Below, piece by piece: positions 28,133 to 38,407 of a stretch of DNA of 64,000 bases; the first letter of the stretch is position 1; each line of letters opens with the position of its first letter. Below the pieces are notes generated by a model. That model worked only from the letters and a program-made list of their open reading frames with translations, had not been told where the DNA came from and searched no databases. Source of the DNA: an uncultured Oscillospiraceae bacterium. GTDB lineage: Bacteria; Bacillota; Clostridia; Oscillospirales; Oscillospiraceae. A program made the translations under genes and the position numbers. The DNA lies in assembly GCA_958426425.1 (NCBI GenBank), contig CATZYY010000002.1, positions 920 to 64,919 on the forward strand. Reading direction: 5' to 3'.

Positions 28133-29641
28133 TTGGATGAATTCCTGAGAATGGAGCACGTCAGCAAGCGGTTCGGCGACTTCTACGCCAACAGGGAAAT
28201 CGATCTGACTGTTCGGCGGGGCGAGGTCCACACCCTATTGGGTGAGAACGGCGCCGGAAAGTCCACTTTGATGAACGTCCTCATCGGCCTGTACCAACCC
28301 ACGGAGGGCACCATCTACTTAAATGGGAAAAAGGTCCGCATCGACTCCCCGGCCCAGGCGGTGAAGCTGGGCATCGGCATGGTCCATCAGCACTTCATGC
28401 TGGTGGAGGCCATGACGGTCTTTGAAAACATTATCCTGGGAGACCGGAACACCAAGGGCGTGTTCATCGACCGGGAGGCCCGGAAGAAGGAGATTCTGGA
28501 GCTGTCCGCCAAGTACGGCCTGGACGTGGAACTGGACAAGCCCATCACGGAGATTGCCGTAGGCGCCCAGCAGCGGGTGGAGATTCTGAAAGCCCTGTAC
28601 CGGGGCGCGGAGCTGCTGATTCTGGACGAACCCTCCGCCGCTTTGACGGACATCGAGGTGGAGGGCCTGTTCGACATCATGCACAAGCTCACCAGCGAGG
28701 GCAAGAGCATCATCTTCATCAGCCACAAGATGCGGGAGGTCATGCGCATCTCCGACCGGATCACCATTCTCCGGGCGGGCCGGACCGTGTGCACGCTGAA
28801 CCGGGAGGACACCAATGGCGAGGCTCTGGCCAATCTGATGATCGGCCGGGAGCTGACCCCCTCCCACTATGAGAAGATCACCAGCCCCGGAGAGTCAGTG
28901 GTAACGCTGGAGAAAGTGGACTATCACAAGACCTCCAAGCACAACGGCCTTAACGGCGTATCGCTGACGGTGGGCCGGGGTGAAATCGTCGGCATCGCCG
29001 GCGTGGACGGCAACGGCCAGAGCCAGCTGGCCCAGGTGGTCACCGGCGTGCTGACGCCGGACGCCGGCAGTGTGGACCTGAAGGGGTCCCGGGTGGCGCA
29101 GTTCACCCCCAATGGCTTCATTCTGGAAAGCGTCTCTCACATTCCCGAGGACCGGAACAAAATGGGGCTCATCGGCAGCATGTCCATTCAGGAGAACATC
29201 GTCCTCAAATCCACGGACACGCCCCAGTTCTCCTCCGCCCGGGGTTTCCGCCTGAAGAAAAAGGCCATCCGGGACTACGCGGAAAAAATGCGGGAAAAGT
29301 ATGACATCCGCTGTACCTCCGTGGACCAGGAAACCCGGAACCTGTCCGGCGGCAACCAGCAAAAGGTCATTCTGGCCCGGGAGCTGGAGGGACACCCGGA
29401 TCTGCTGGTGGCGGTCCATCCCACCCGGGGCCTGGACATCGGCGCCACCCGCTTCGTCCACGACACCATGATCGAGGCCCGGGAAAAGGGCTGCGGCGTA
29501 CTGCTGATCTCCGCCGACTTCGATGAGATTTTGGAGGTCTCCGACCGGATCGTGGTGATGTTTGAAGGACAGGTGATGGGCGTCTTCTCCGGCAAGGAGC
29601 CCCCCATCCAGGAAATCAGCCTGGCCATGGCCGGCAAGTGA
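28133..29641 (+). CDS. Nucleoside/sugar (CUT2) ABC transporter ATPase
   Basis: GENGAGKST, VHQHFML, IPEDR, LSGGNQQK, PTRGLD; TTG start after AAGGAGG. Confidence 0.93.
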   Translation: MDEFLRMEHVSKRFGDFYANREIDLTVRRGEVHTLLGENGAGKSTLMNVLIGLYQPTEGTIYLNGKKVRIDSPAQAVKLGIGMVHQHFMLVEAMTVFENIILGDRNTKGVFIDREARKKEILELSAKYGLDVELDKPITEIAVGAQQRVEILKALYRGAELLILDEPSAALTDIEVEGLFDIMHKLTSEGKSIIFISHKMREVMRISDRITILRAGRTVCTLNREDTNGEALANLMIGRELTPSHYEKITSPGESVVTLEKVDYHKTSKHNGLNGVSLTVGRGEIVGIAGVDGNGQSQLAQVVTGVLTPDAGSVDLKGSRVAQFTPNGFILESVSHIPEDRNKMGLIGSMSIQENIVLKSTDTPQFSSARGFRLKKKAIRDYAEKMREKYDIRCTSVDQETRNLSGGNQQKVILARELEGHPDLLVAVHPTRGLDIGATRFVHDTMIEAREKGCGVLLISADFDEILEVSDRIVVMFEGQVMGVFSGKEPPIQEISLAMAGK

Positions 29642-29657
29642 GGAGGGAGACACGGAT

Positions 29658-30719
29658 ATGAAAAACAGCAACAAGCTCATCAATGTGCTGGTGCCGGTGG
29701 TCTCCGTGCTGCTGGCCTTCGTCATCGGCTGCGCGGTGATGGCCTTTCTGGGCGCCAACCCCCTGACCGCGCTGCAATCCCTGTGGACCGGCGCCTTCGG
29801 CAACCTGCGCAATGTGGGAACCACCCTCTCCCGGGCCACGCCCCTGATTTTCACCGGCCTGTGCGCCTGCTTTGCCTACCGCTGCGGCGTATTCAACCTG
29901 GGCGGCGAGGGTCAGTTCATCATCGGCTCCGTGGCCTGCTGCTACGTGGCCACCCAGAGCGGCATCGAGGGCTTTCCCGCCATCGTGCTGTGCCTGATCA
30001 TCGGGGCTCTGGCCGGCGGACTGTGGGCACTCATTCCGGGAATTCTGAAGGTCTACCGGGGCCAAAATGAGATGATTATTTCCATCATGCTCAACTATGT
30101 GGCCACCCTTTTCATGGGTGTGGTATACACCAACTGGCTGCGGGAGGGCAGCGTACCCCAGACCATGTCCGTACCGGACGCCACCAAGCTCAGCCGTCTG
30201 TTCGGCCTGCGGGCCACCACCGCCTTTGTCATCGCCATCGCGGTGGGACTGCTGGTGTTCTACTTCCTGTTCTACACCTCCAAGGGCTTCCAGCTCCGGG
30301 CCGTGGGACTGAACATGACCGCGGCGGAGTTCAACGGCTTCGCGGTGAAGCGGTACATTCTCTTCAGCTTCGTGGTCTCCGGCGTCATCGCGGGCCTTGG
30401 CGGCAGCGCCGAGCTGCTGGGCACCCAGTACCGGCTCATCAACGGCTTTGCCTCCGGCTACGGCTTCGACGGCGTAGCCATGGCTCTGATCGCCCAGCTC
30501 CATCCCCTGGCAACCATTCTGGTGGCCATCTTCTTTGCGGCGCTGCGGGTGGGCTCCACCACCATGCAGGCGGCCACAGGCGTGCCCACCAGCGTGTCGG
30601 ACATCATTCAGGCCCTGGTCATCGTATTCACCGTGGCGGGCCTTGCCATGGTGAAGCTGCCCCAGTTCAAGGCGGCCATTGACCGCATCTTTGCCAGAAA
30701 GGAGGCCGCTGCGTCATGA
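29658..30719 (+). CDS. Nucleoside ABC transporter permease
   Basis: FNLGGEGQ, NEMI.SIMLNY, GYGFDG. Confidence 0.92.
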   Translation: MKNSNKLINVLVPVVSVLLAFVIGCAVMAFLGANPLTALQSLWTGAFGNLRNVGTTLSRATPLIFTGLCACFAYRCGVFNLGGEGQFIIGSVACCYVATQSGIEGFPAIVLCLIIGALAGGLWALIPGILKVYRGQNEMIISIMLNYVATLFMGVVYTNWLREGSVPQTMSVPDATKLSRLFGLRATTAFVIAIAVGLLVFYFLFYTSKGFQLRAVGLNMTAAEFNGFAVKRYILFSFVVSGVIAGLGGSAELLGTQYRLINGFASGYGFDGVAMALIAQLHPLATILVAIFFAALRVGSTTMQAATGVPTSVSDIIQALVIVFTVAGLAMVKLPQFKAAIDRIFARKEAAAS

Positions 30720-31648
30720 CTTGGGAATTTATCTCCAATCTGCTGCTGGCCAGCATCCGCATGGCCACGCCCCTGATCTTCCTGTCCCTGGCGGAACTGT
30801 ACTCTCAGCGGGCAGGCTTGGTGCACATCGGTCTGGAGGGTCTGGCCGCCATCGGCTCCCTGGTGGGCTTCCTGGTCAGTCTCATTACCGGCAGTCCCAT
30901 GCTGGGCGTGGTGGCCGGCGCGGCGGTGGGCATCCTGGTGAATATGGTCTTTGCCTACGCCACGGTGACGCTGTGCGCTGAGCAGATCGTCTACGGCATG
31001 GCCATCAACATCTTTGCCCCGGCCCTGGCGGCCTTCATCTACCGGGTGTACTTCGGCGCCGGCAGCACACTGGTGCAGGTGACGCTGATGAATAACCTCT
31101 CCGCCACCCTGGGCATCAGCACCGACAACTTCCTGCTCAAGCTCCTGCTGGATCAGCCCCCCATGGTGTACCTGGCCTACGGTCTGGTGATCTTCACGGC
31201 CATCTATTTCAACAAGACCAAGTCCGGCCTCAACTACAAAGCCGTGGGCGAGTATCCCAAGGCCGCGGCCACTCTTGGCATCAACGTAATCGGCGTGAAG
31301 TACGCGGCCTGTGTCATCTGCGGCGCTCTGGCTGGTATCGGCGGCGCCTACCTCACCACCTGCTATTCCAACACCTATGTGGACGGCAACGTGGCCGGAC
31401 GCGGCTTCATCGCCCTGGCGGCGGTGATCTTCGGCCGGTGGACCGGCGCCGGCGTGCTGCTGGCGTGCCTGTTCTTCGGCTTCTGCGACGCCCTGCAGAT
31501 CCGCCTCCAGGTAGGCAGCTTCGGCATCCCCTATCAGTTCTTCCAGATGATTCCCTACATCGCCACGGTGGTGGTGCTGGCCCTGATCGGCATGAAGAAG
31601 GCTGGTCCCAAGGGCGCCGGCAAGCCCTACCTGCGGGAGGATCAGTAA
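30716..31648 (+). CDS. Nucleoside ABC transporter permease
   Basis: RAGLVHIGLEG, AVGEYP.AA, GRGFIALAAVIFG, MIPY. Confidence 0.92.
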   Translation: MTWEFISNLLLASIRMATPLIFLSLAELYSQRAGLVHIGLEGLAAIGSLVGFLVSLITGSPMLGVVAGAAVGILVNMVFAYATVTLCAEQIVYGMAINIFAPALAAFIYRVYFGAGSTLVQVTLMNNLSATLGISTDNFLLKLLLDQPPMVYLAYGLVIFTAIYFNKTKSGLNYKAVGEYPKAAATLGINVIGVKYAACVICGALAGIGGAYLTTCYSNTYVDGNVAGRGFIALAAVIFGRWTGAGVLLACLFFGFCDALQIRLQVGSFGIPYQFFQMIPYIATVVVLALIGMKKAGPKGAGKPYLREDQ

Positions 31649-31727
31649 GGGACAACCGCCGTTTTCGCGGCTGTTAGAAATATACGCAACCATCAACCAC
31701 GGATCACAAGAATTGGAGGAAAGAACG

Positions 31728-32786
31728 ATGAAAAAACTGTTTGCTCTGCTTTTGACCCTGGCCATGCTTCTGTCCCTGGCCGCCTGCGGCGGCGGTGGAG
31801 ACACCGCCTCGGAGGACAGCACCACTCAAACCGAGGAATCCGGTGAGACCAGCGACGCCAAGGAGTACAAGGTGGCCATGATCTGCGACTCCAGCATCTC
31901 CGACGGCGGGTGGGGCATGTCCTGCTACAACGCCATGGTGGACGCCGCCGCAGAACACGGCTGGGCCACGGAGGTCTCCGACATGATCGCCCAGTCCGCA
32001 TACTATGAGACCATCGTCACCTACTGCGACCTGGGCTACGATCTGATCTACGCCCCCGGCAACCAGTACACCGACGCCGTGCTCCAGGCCGCCGAGGAGT
32101 ATCCGGAAGTGGCCTTTGCCCTGCTCAACGGCGGCACCGGCACCCCTGAACAGGCTGTCAACGGCAACGTCACCTCCCTGCTGCCCGACGCCCAGCAGGT
32201 GGGCTGGATCGCCGGCGCTCTGGCTGGCCTCATGACCGAGACCGGCACCATCGCCTTCATCGGCGGCATGGAGCTGGACACCACCGTGGGCAAGTACAAC
32301 GGCTATGCCGAGGCTGCCGCCTATGTGGGCGAGCAGGCCGGCAAGACCGTCAAGACCCTGGACATCGTCTACTCCGGCGACTTCTCCGCCTCCGACAAGG
32401 GCATTGAGTTTGCCAAGGCCATGATCGACGAGGGTGCCGACGTGTTCTTCGGCGACGCCTCCGCCGTGGACTCCGGCGCCCGGCAGGCCATCGACGAGGC
32501 CAATGCCGCCAGCGGCTCCGTGAAGATCTACGACATTGCCCAGCCTTCCGACCTGCTGGGTCAGAACGAGTGCATCATCTGCAGCCAGGTGACCGACAAC
32601 GCATCTCTGGTGGGCCTGTGCATGGAGGCCGTGGAGAGCGGCGCCTTCGGCGGCGAGGTAATCTACGGCACCATGCAGAACGGCGTTCTGTCTGCCGGCG
32701 GCATCAGCGACCTGGTGCCGGCGGAGGTCCAGGATCAGTACTTGGCCTACATCGACCAGATGGTGGAAGGCACCTTCATGCAGTAA
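31728..32786 (+). CDS. BMP family ABC substrate-binding lipoprotein
   Basis: Lipobox LAAC, ISDGGW, GWIAG.LAG..T.TG.IAFIGG, GADV. Confidence 0.9.
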   Translation: MKKLFALLLTLAMLLSLAACGGGGDTASEDSTTQTEESGETSDAKEYKVAMICDSSISDGGWGMSCYNAMVDAAAEHGWATEVSDMIAQSAYYETIVTYCDLGYDLIYAPGNQYTDAVLQAAEEYPEVAFALLNGGTGTPEQAVNGNVTSLLPDAQQVGWIAGALAGLMTETGTIAFIGGMELDTTVGKYNGYAEAAAYVGEQAGKTVKTLDIVYSGDFSASDKGIEFAKAMIDEGADVFFGDASAVDSGARQAIDEANAASGSVKIYDIAQPSDLLGQNECIICSQVTDNASLVGLCMEAVESGAFGGEVIYGTMQNGVLSAGGISDLVPAEVQDQYLAYIDQMVEGTFMQ

Positions 32787-32832
32787 TCGTCTCCCAAATT
32801 GCAAAACCGGTCAGGCGCCTGCCTGGGTTCGA

Positions 32833-32911
32833 CAAGAGAGGACCGGCGAAAATCGCCGGTCCTCTCTTTGCAAAGAAAAACCACCGGCAATGCCGGTGGT
32901 TTTTCTTTGCA
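32833..32911. terminator. Two back-to-back terminator hairpins between convergent genes
   Basis: agagaggaccggcga/tcgccggtcctctct and tgcaaagaaaaaccaccggca/tgccggtggtttttctttgca. Confidence 0.85.
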
Positions 32912-32929
32912 ATTTAATTAAATACAGTT

Positions 32930-35662
32930 TCAGGACGAGTGGCTCCTGCTGCGCTTGATCCGATCCTGTTCGGCAATAAACGCCTGCTGGACCTCCGTGG
33001 CATTGACATCCCTGCCGCTGAGGACCCAACTGACATCCGGAGAGGAAAGTTCCTCAGGGGAACCGGTAAACTCACCGCCGTGGGCCGCGACATACTGAAG
33101 TGCTCCCACATCTTTTACTCCGTGGGCCTTCAAATACTCCACTTTGTCTTCTGCGCCCGCAATGCCGGCCCACAACTGTTCACGCTTCTCCTGCCGCAGT
33201 TTGTCAAGCAGATCTTCCACAGCCGGATTGCCGAGGCCGGGCAGCATGGCACTGGAAATATGCTTGCCGGCAGCCAAAAGGTCCCCCACATAGGTAGTGG
33301 GAGCGCGCTCGTTGCCCCGCAAGTCCTCCATCACCTTGGCGTCCCACTGGCTTACGTCGTCCAGGTAGCGACCGCTGTCGGGGTTGTTGCGCTGGTCGTT
33401 CCGAATGGCCTCCTGCGCTTCCGAGATCCGCTTGCAGAGCGCGTCAATGGCCCAGTCTTCCAATACATCGGCCATCATCAGCCGCACATCATTTTCCCGC
33501 AGGGCCAGGATGCGGTCGGCCAGTTTCCGGTCCATATGGGGCAGTCGGAGTTTCCCCTGCTCATCCACCAGCTTGTGGCCGAAATTACCCAGGCGTCTTT
33601 CGTCCACCTGCCCCCGCAGGGAGTGAAAACCAAAAGCAAAGTCATTGTCGATGCCCTGCACCTTGCCCAGTTTCCCGTCGTCAGTGACGGAGGCGAAGTA
33701 GTTTTGATGGTGCCGGTCACATTGACCAATGATGCTGTCCAGAACCTGAAGAGAGGTGAGAGACTGCATAAATTCCGGCGTGATCGCCGACTCAATCAGC
33801 TCCTGCTGCGCCTGCGGGGAAATGGAAGTGTCCACATGGCTCAGATTGGAAGCGTCCGTATTGGCAATGGCCTCATCCCGCAGCCGCTCACCGAAAAAGG
33901 AGGCGACCTCCTTTCCGCGGGCCTTTTGCATCAGGTTGCCCTGCTGGACGCCCTTCCCCACGGCGTCATGGAGCTCCACTCGCTCCGACTGGGCCACCAG
34001 GTCGCCAATGCCAAGGAGATTTGCCATTCGGCTGGTGGCCACATTGCGGTCGGTAACCCGCACAGTTTGGTCGGTATCGGCATATCGTTTCTTTTCAGAG
34101 GCGAGATCCGGCAGAATTCTCTCCACGGTATCGGCAGGAAAATTTTCCAGCAGATCGAGCAAGCTGCCGGATGAGAGAATCTCAGGCATGCTATCTGGAA
34201 GCTCCACCCGCATTTCTTCAGGGAGTTGCCCCATGAGCTGCCTTAGCCGGGCCGAGGGAAGACTTTCAGGCAAGTGGGCAGCGTAATGTGAATGAAGCAC
34301 ACTTTTGAAGTGATTTCCAACCTGCCGGTCTGTGTCGGAAAAGCCGGAGATATCCAGAAAAAAGTTCTGGGCCTGCCGTGTTCCTTTCACCGGGGAATGC
34401 TCATCTCGATACATATTGGGGATCTTGCCGGTTTCCCTGGCCAACGAGGCTGCCGCATCAGCAATCGCCTGATATTCCGGTTTCCGCTTTGCCAAGGTTT
34501 CCACGTTTTGTATGTATCGCTCCACATCGGATTGCTTGAGGTCAAAGGTCTCCCCTTTCTTAAAGAAGCCCGAGGCCTTTTCGTCGGTGAGGGAACCTGT
34601 TCCCAGCACCCCAATGTAGCTGACTGCGCCGCCCACATGCTTGAGATCGGACTCCTTGCCCTCCTTCAGGGTGAGGACACGGGTCCGGGCCATGCCCAGG
34701 GCCTCCACCATGGTCTTCGGGCGCTGCTCCGGGGGCAGGGAAGACATCCGGTCGGAAAAATCCCGCAGGTGGGAAAAGTCCTGTTCCGCCTGACTTTTGA
34801 TTTGACGGACGATATCCTGCCGGGCCCTGCCGCTGGAGGTATGGGCGTTTCGACCGGTATAGACGTCGCAGGCTTCCAGGAGCCGGGCATAGGCCGAAAC
34901 CAGGCCGTTGAATGCTTCCTGATCCTTTTGCGGCTCTCCCGACAGCGGTTGATTCATCAGATCCACCACCTGACCGATGCTGTGGTCAACCGCATTAAAC
35001 CGGGAGGAATTCCCGCCAATGCCGCCTTTCTCCGATTGCAGAAGCTGCTCCCGCAGGGAGACAAATGTGCCGAATTTTTCCTTCCCTGATTCAGCGGGGG
35101 TTTTTGCAGCTCCCGCTGGGGACTGTTCCTGGGAAGCAGGCGCCACTGTGGGGTTTTGCACCGGCTCATCCAGATCTACATTGAATCTGGACAGAGTGGG
35201 AGAAACAGAATGGGCAATGCCTTCCTCCTCCCTTCCCTGACCCGTGGGAACCGGACCCGCAGGCTGAACAACAGGCTGATCCAGGTCTAAACTGAATCTG
35301 GACAGGCCGGATGACGCTGAGCGGCCTCCTCCCGACGCCTGGGACGGCGCGGTAGGCCCGTCTAAATCCAGATTATATGGCACCGGGGCTGCAGACGCTC
35401 GCTGGGATGTTCCTCGGTGGATTAATCTGTCGGCACGGCTTTTCATCACCTGGTCCAGTTCCTCACTTACAGCGCTGCCAAAGGGTTGGACCGCCGATTC
35501 TGGGCCGGAAGATGCACTTAAAATTTCAGCCATGCCACTGTTTCCCACCTGGGAGGCCATAGCCGTCATTTCGCCCGATTGGGACTGCTCTTTTTTTGCC
35601 TCAGCAGAATCCTTTTTGCGAGATGTAGAAGGGCGTTTGGTTTTATTCCAGCCAAACGGCAT
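32930..35662 (-). CDS. 910-aa hypothetical protein with C-terminal PI3/PI4-kinase-like (HipA-like) domain
   Basis: RNVATSRMANLLG, LDSIIGQCDRHHQNY, GIDNDFAF; low-complexity S/P/Q/A N-terminus; AAAGGAGG RBS. Confidence 0.7.
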   Translation of the reverse strand: MPFGWNKTKRPSTSRKKDSAEAKKEQSQSGEMTAMASQVGNSGMAEILSASSGPESAVQPFGSAVSEELDQVMKSRADRLIHRGTSQRASAAPVPYNLDLDGPTAPSQASGGGRSASSGLSRFSLDLDQPVVQPAGPVPTGQGREEEGIAHSVSPTLSRFNVDLDEPVQNPTVAPASQEQSPAGAAKTPAESGKEKFGTFVSLREQLLQSEKGGIGGNSSRFNAVDHSIGQVVDLMNQPLSGEPQKDQEAFNGLVSAYARLLEACDVYTGRNAHTSSGRARQDIVRQIKSQAEQDFSHLRDFSDRMSSLPPEQRPKTMVEALGMARTRVLTLKEGKESDLKHVGGAVSYIGVLGTGSLTDEKASGFFKKGETFDLKQSDVERYIQNVETLAKRKPEYQAIADAAASLARETGKIPNMYRDEHSPVKGTRQAQNFFLDISGFSDTDRQVGNHFKSVLHSHYAAHLPESLPSARLRQLMGQLPEEMRVELPDSMPEILSSGSLLDLLENFPADTVERILPDLASEKKRYADTDQTVRVTDRNVATSRMANLLGIGDLVAQSERVELHDAVGKGVQQGNLMQKARGKEVASFFGERLRDEAIANTDASNLSHVDTSISPQAQQELIESAITPEFMQSLTSLQVLDSIIGQCDRHHQNYFASVTDDGKLGKVQGIDNDFAFGFHSLRGQVDERRLGNFGHKLVDEQGKLRLPHMDRKLADRILALRENDVRLMMADVLEDWAIDALCKRISEAQEAIRNDQRNNPDSGRYLDDVSQWDAKVMEDLRGNERAPTTYVGDLLAAGKHISSAMLPGLGNPAVEDLLDKLRQEKREQLWAGIAGAEDKVEYLKAHGVKDVGALQYVAAHGGEFTGSPEELSSPDVSWVLSGRDVNATEVQQAFIAEQDRIKRSRSHSS

Positions 35663-36008
35663 ATGCTATCCTCCTTTCATTTCGTCAAAACAGATTGTGT
35701 TACTTTCATTATAATGAGAACAGCTGAAATAGCAAGTTTTTTGTAAAGTGCGACAGGCGCGGCCACGGGAGCTGTCCAGTTCCCGGAGAAGTGCCCCCTC
35801 CGCCCAGAATTTCCCAAATATTCCCTGATTATTCTGTCCGTGAAAGGCGCCACTCTCCCCCGCCGGCGCTTACATGCGGATGGATACTCTGTCTGCCTCC
35901 ACGCTCTGTTCCCGCCGCAGGCAATCCGCTGCGCAGCAGTGCCCGCGAACCCGTAAGCGCATTTAGGGCGGAAACTTCATAATTTTGGCCTGCCCAACTG
36001 CGCAAAAT

Positions 36009-36060
36009 GCTCCCCTTACAGCCTTCAGCGCCTCATTGCGCCCAGGGCTGTAAGGGGAGC
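36009..36060 (-). terminator. Terminator of the purine operon
   Basis: gctccccttacagcc..ggctgtaaggggagc hairpin downstream of ade. Confidence 0.65.
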
Positions 36061-36115
36061 CTCTTTCCACCTGATTTGGAGCATTTACGGGCCGGACAAA
36101 CCGGCCTGTGAAAAA

Positions 36116-37885
36116 TCAGTCCTCCCGGCTTTCCAAGGGGATCAGCTTGTGGGCCAGGACATCGATAAGTCCCAGATCCGTCAGCCCCAGTTCCGGCACT
36201 GTGGGCAGAGAGATGAAGCTGAGGGTCATAAACGGCGCACTGCCCACGCAGCCCAGCTGCCGGGCCGCCTCGTTCATGGCGTCCTGCTCCTCCATGACTT
36301 CCCCCGCGGGCTTTGTGCTCATCAGCCCGCCCACCGGCAGGCTCATTTTTGCCAGCACCTCCCCGCCGCAGACCACGGACAGACCGCCCTGCATCTCCGC
36401 TATGGTGTTGACCGCCAGGGCCATATCGGCGTCATCCGCACCCACGGTGACAATGTTGTGATGGTCATGGGAGGTGGAATAGGCCAGAGCGCCCTTTGTC
36501 AGGCCGAAGCCCCGGACAAAGCCGATTCCCACGCCGCCTGTCTTCCCGTACCGCTCTACTACGGCCAGCTTGGCAATATCCCGGCCGATGTCCGGCAGGA
36601 TCTCTCCTCCGGCACAGGGCAGCTCCGTCACCAAACGCCGGTTGATGATCTGCCGGTCAATCAGGTCGATCACATTCACACGCACAGACCCGTCAGGAGC
36701 ATTGGTCTCCTTGCGGAAGGACGCGGCGGTGATGGGCTTTTTCAGGCGGACGGTATTCAAGATCCACTCCGGATAATCCGCCGCCTGACACACCTCACAA
36801 AGCGCGCCGTCCTGCGCAACCAGGCGTCCGCCGAAATACACCCGGGACGGACGCATGGCCGTCAGATCCGGCACCAGCAGGATATCCGCCATTCTGCCGG
36901 GGGCAATCGAGCCGATCTCGTCCTCCAGCCGGAAGTGGCGGGCGGCGTTGAGCGTGCCCATTTTCACGGCCTCCACCGGCGGAACCCCCAGGGCGATGGC
37001 CCGAGCCACATTGTAATTGATGTGGCCCTCAGTGCGAATTTCCGTGGCGTGCTTGTCGTCTGTGCAGAACATCAGGTTATCCAGGGGCAGGCCCTCCCGG
37101 ACCGCACCGGAGATCAGAGCATCCACATTCCGCTCCGTGCTGCCCTCGCGTACAAGAACGCTCATACCCACCCGCAGCCGGGCCAGCATCTCCTCCGCCG
37201 TGACGCACTCATGGTCGTCAGAAATCCCGGCGGAGGCGTAAATATTCAGCTCCTGCCCCATACGGCCGATGGCGTGGCCGTTGACGATCTTTCGGCGGCC
37301 CAGGGTATCCGCCACCTTGTGGAGATATTCCTCCCCCACCAGCAGAATTTTGGAGGGGTCCAGCTCTCCCAGGCTCACAGACTCCGGCCAGTCCATGATT
37401 TCCGCCACCTCTTCGGCTCCCATATAGGCGCCGGTGGTCTCCAGTCCCGGCGCGGTGGGCACGCGGGAGGAAACCTCGATCAGCATACGGTAGGGCAGCC
37501 GGTCCATGGAGGTCAGCATGGCCTTGAGGCCATCGGCCCCGGCCACGTTGGCAATCTCCATCAGGTCCGCGCAAAGGGTGGTAGAGCCCGCCGGCACCAC
37601 CACGCTGGCCAGGGCCTCCGGGGAAAGCATGGTGGTCTCAAAATGCATATGGGTATCAATGAAGCCGGGGACGGCATACTGCCCGCCGCAGTCCACGGTC
37701 TCCAGCGCCTCCAGTCCGGCATTGGGGTCGATGGACACCACCCGGCCCCGGCGGATATAGATATCCGTGGGATAAATTTCCGAAGACCAAACATTTACCA
37801 GCTGTACATTGGCCAGCTTCAGGTCACAGGGACGGCGTCCCAAGCCGGTTTCCACCGTGTCCCTGATCTCGTCAAACGTCCGCAT
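36116..37885 (-). CDS. ade: Adenine deaminase family amidohydrolase
   Basis: PGFIDTHMH.E, NGHA, DDHE, REGS, CTDD, SHDHHN, LSFISL..VPEL. Confidence 0.88.
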   Translation of the reverse strand: MRTFDEIRDTVETGLGRRPCDLKLANVQLVNVWSSEIYPTDIYIRRGRVVSIDPNAGLEALETVDCGGQYAVPGFIDTHMHFETTMLSPEALASVVVPAGSTTLCADLMEIANVAGADGLKAMLTSMDRLPYRMLIEVSSRVPTAPGLETTGAYMGAEEVAEIMDWPESVSLGELDPSKILLVGEEYLHKVADTLGRRKIVNGHAIGRMGQELNIYASAGISDDHECVTAEEMLARLRVGMSVLVREGSTERNVDALISGAVREGLPLDNLMFCTDDKHATEIRTEGHINYNVARAIALGVPPVEAVKMGTLNAARHFRLEDEIGSIAPGRMADILLVPDLTAMRPSRVYFGGRLVAQDGALCEVCQAADYPEWILNTVRLKKPITAASFRKETNAPDGSVRVNVIDLIDRQIINRRLVTELPCAGGEILPDIGRDIAKLAVVERYGKTGGVGIGFVRGFGLTKGALAYSTSHDHHNIVTVGADDADMALAVNTIAEMQGGLSVVCGGEVLAKMSLPVGGLMSTKPAGEVMEEQDAMNEAARQLGCVGSAPFMTLSFISLPTVPELGLTDLGLIDVLAHKLIPLESRED

Positions 37886-37909
37886 ATATCCCAGTCTCCT
37901 CTCTCCGGA

Positions 37910-38398
37910 TCACTGATTCCAGAAGCCCTTGTGGACTTCCACGATCTCCTCCTCCATCTCCGGAATCGGCCCTTCCAAAGTGATTTCCTTCTGACCGGCG
38001 GCGATGACCTTGTCGGCGCCCATGGAAAACGTGGGGTTTTTCTCGTCGCTTCCCGTCAGCTCCAGCAGGCGGGCCTCGGTGATTCCATAGACGATATGGC
38101 CGATCCCTGTCCAGTAGATGCCGCCTGTACACATGGGGCAGGGCTCGCAGGTGGTATACAGGGTGCAGTCCTTCAAATAGTCCTTGGAATAGGCCCGGCT
38201 GGCGCGGGAGGCCAATGTCATCTCGGCATGAGCCGTGGCGTCGCCCAGATCATGCTCGGCATTGCCCTGCTCCATCACCACCTCGCCCTGTCCGTTCACC
38301 AGCACGGCGCCAAAGGGGGTATTGCCCGCGGCTCTTGCTTTTTTTGCCGCTTCATTGGCGCGGCGCAGGTACATGGTATGCTTTGTCACCTCATCCAT
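37910..38398 (-). CDS. CDA-fold nucleoside/nucleobase deaminase (guanine deaminase-like)
   Basis: PFGAVLV, TAHAE, EPCPMC. Confidence 0.88.
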   Translation of the reverse strand: MDEVTKHTMYLRRANEAAKKARAAGNTPFGAVLVNGQGEVVMEQGNAEHDLGDATAHAEMTLASRASRAYSKDYLKDCTLYTTCEPCPMCTGGIYWTGIGHIVYGITEARLLELTGSDEKNPTFSMGADKVIAAGQKEITLEGPIPEMEEEIVEVHKGFWNQ

Positions 38399-38407
38399 CT
38401 CCTCCTG

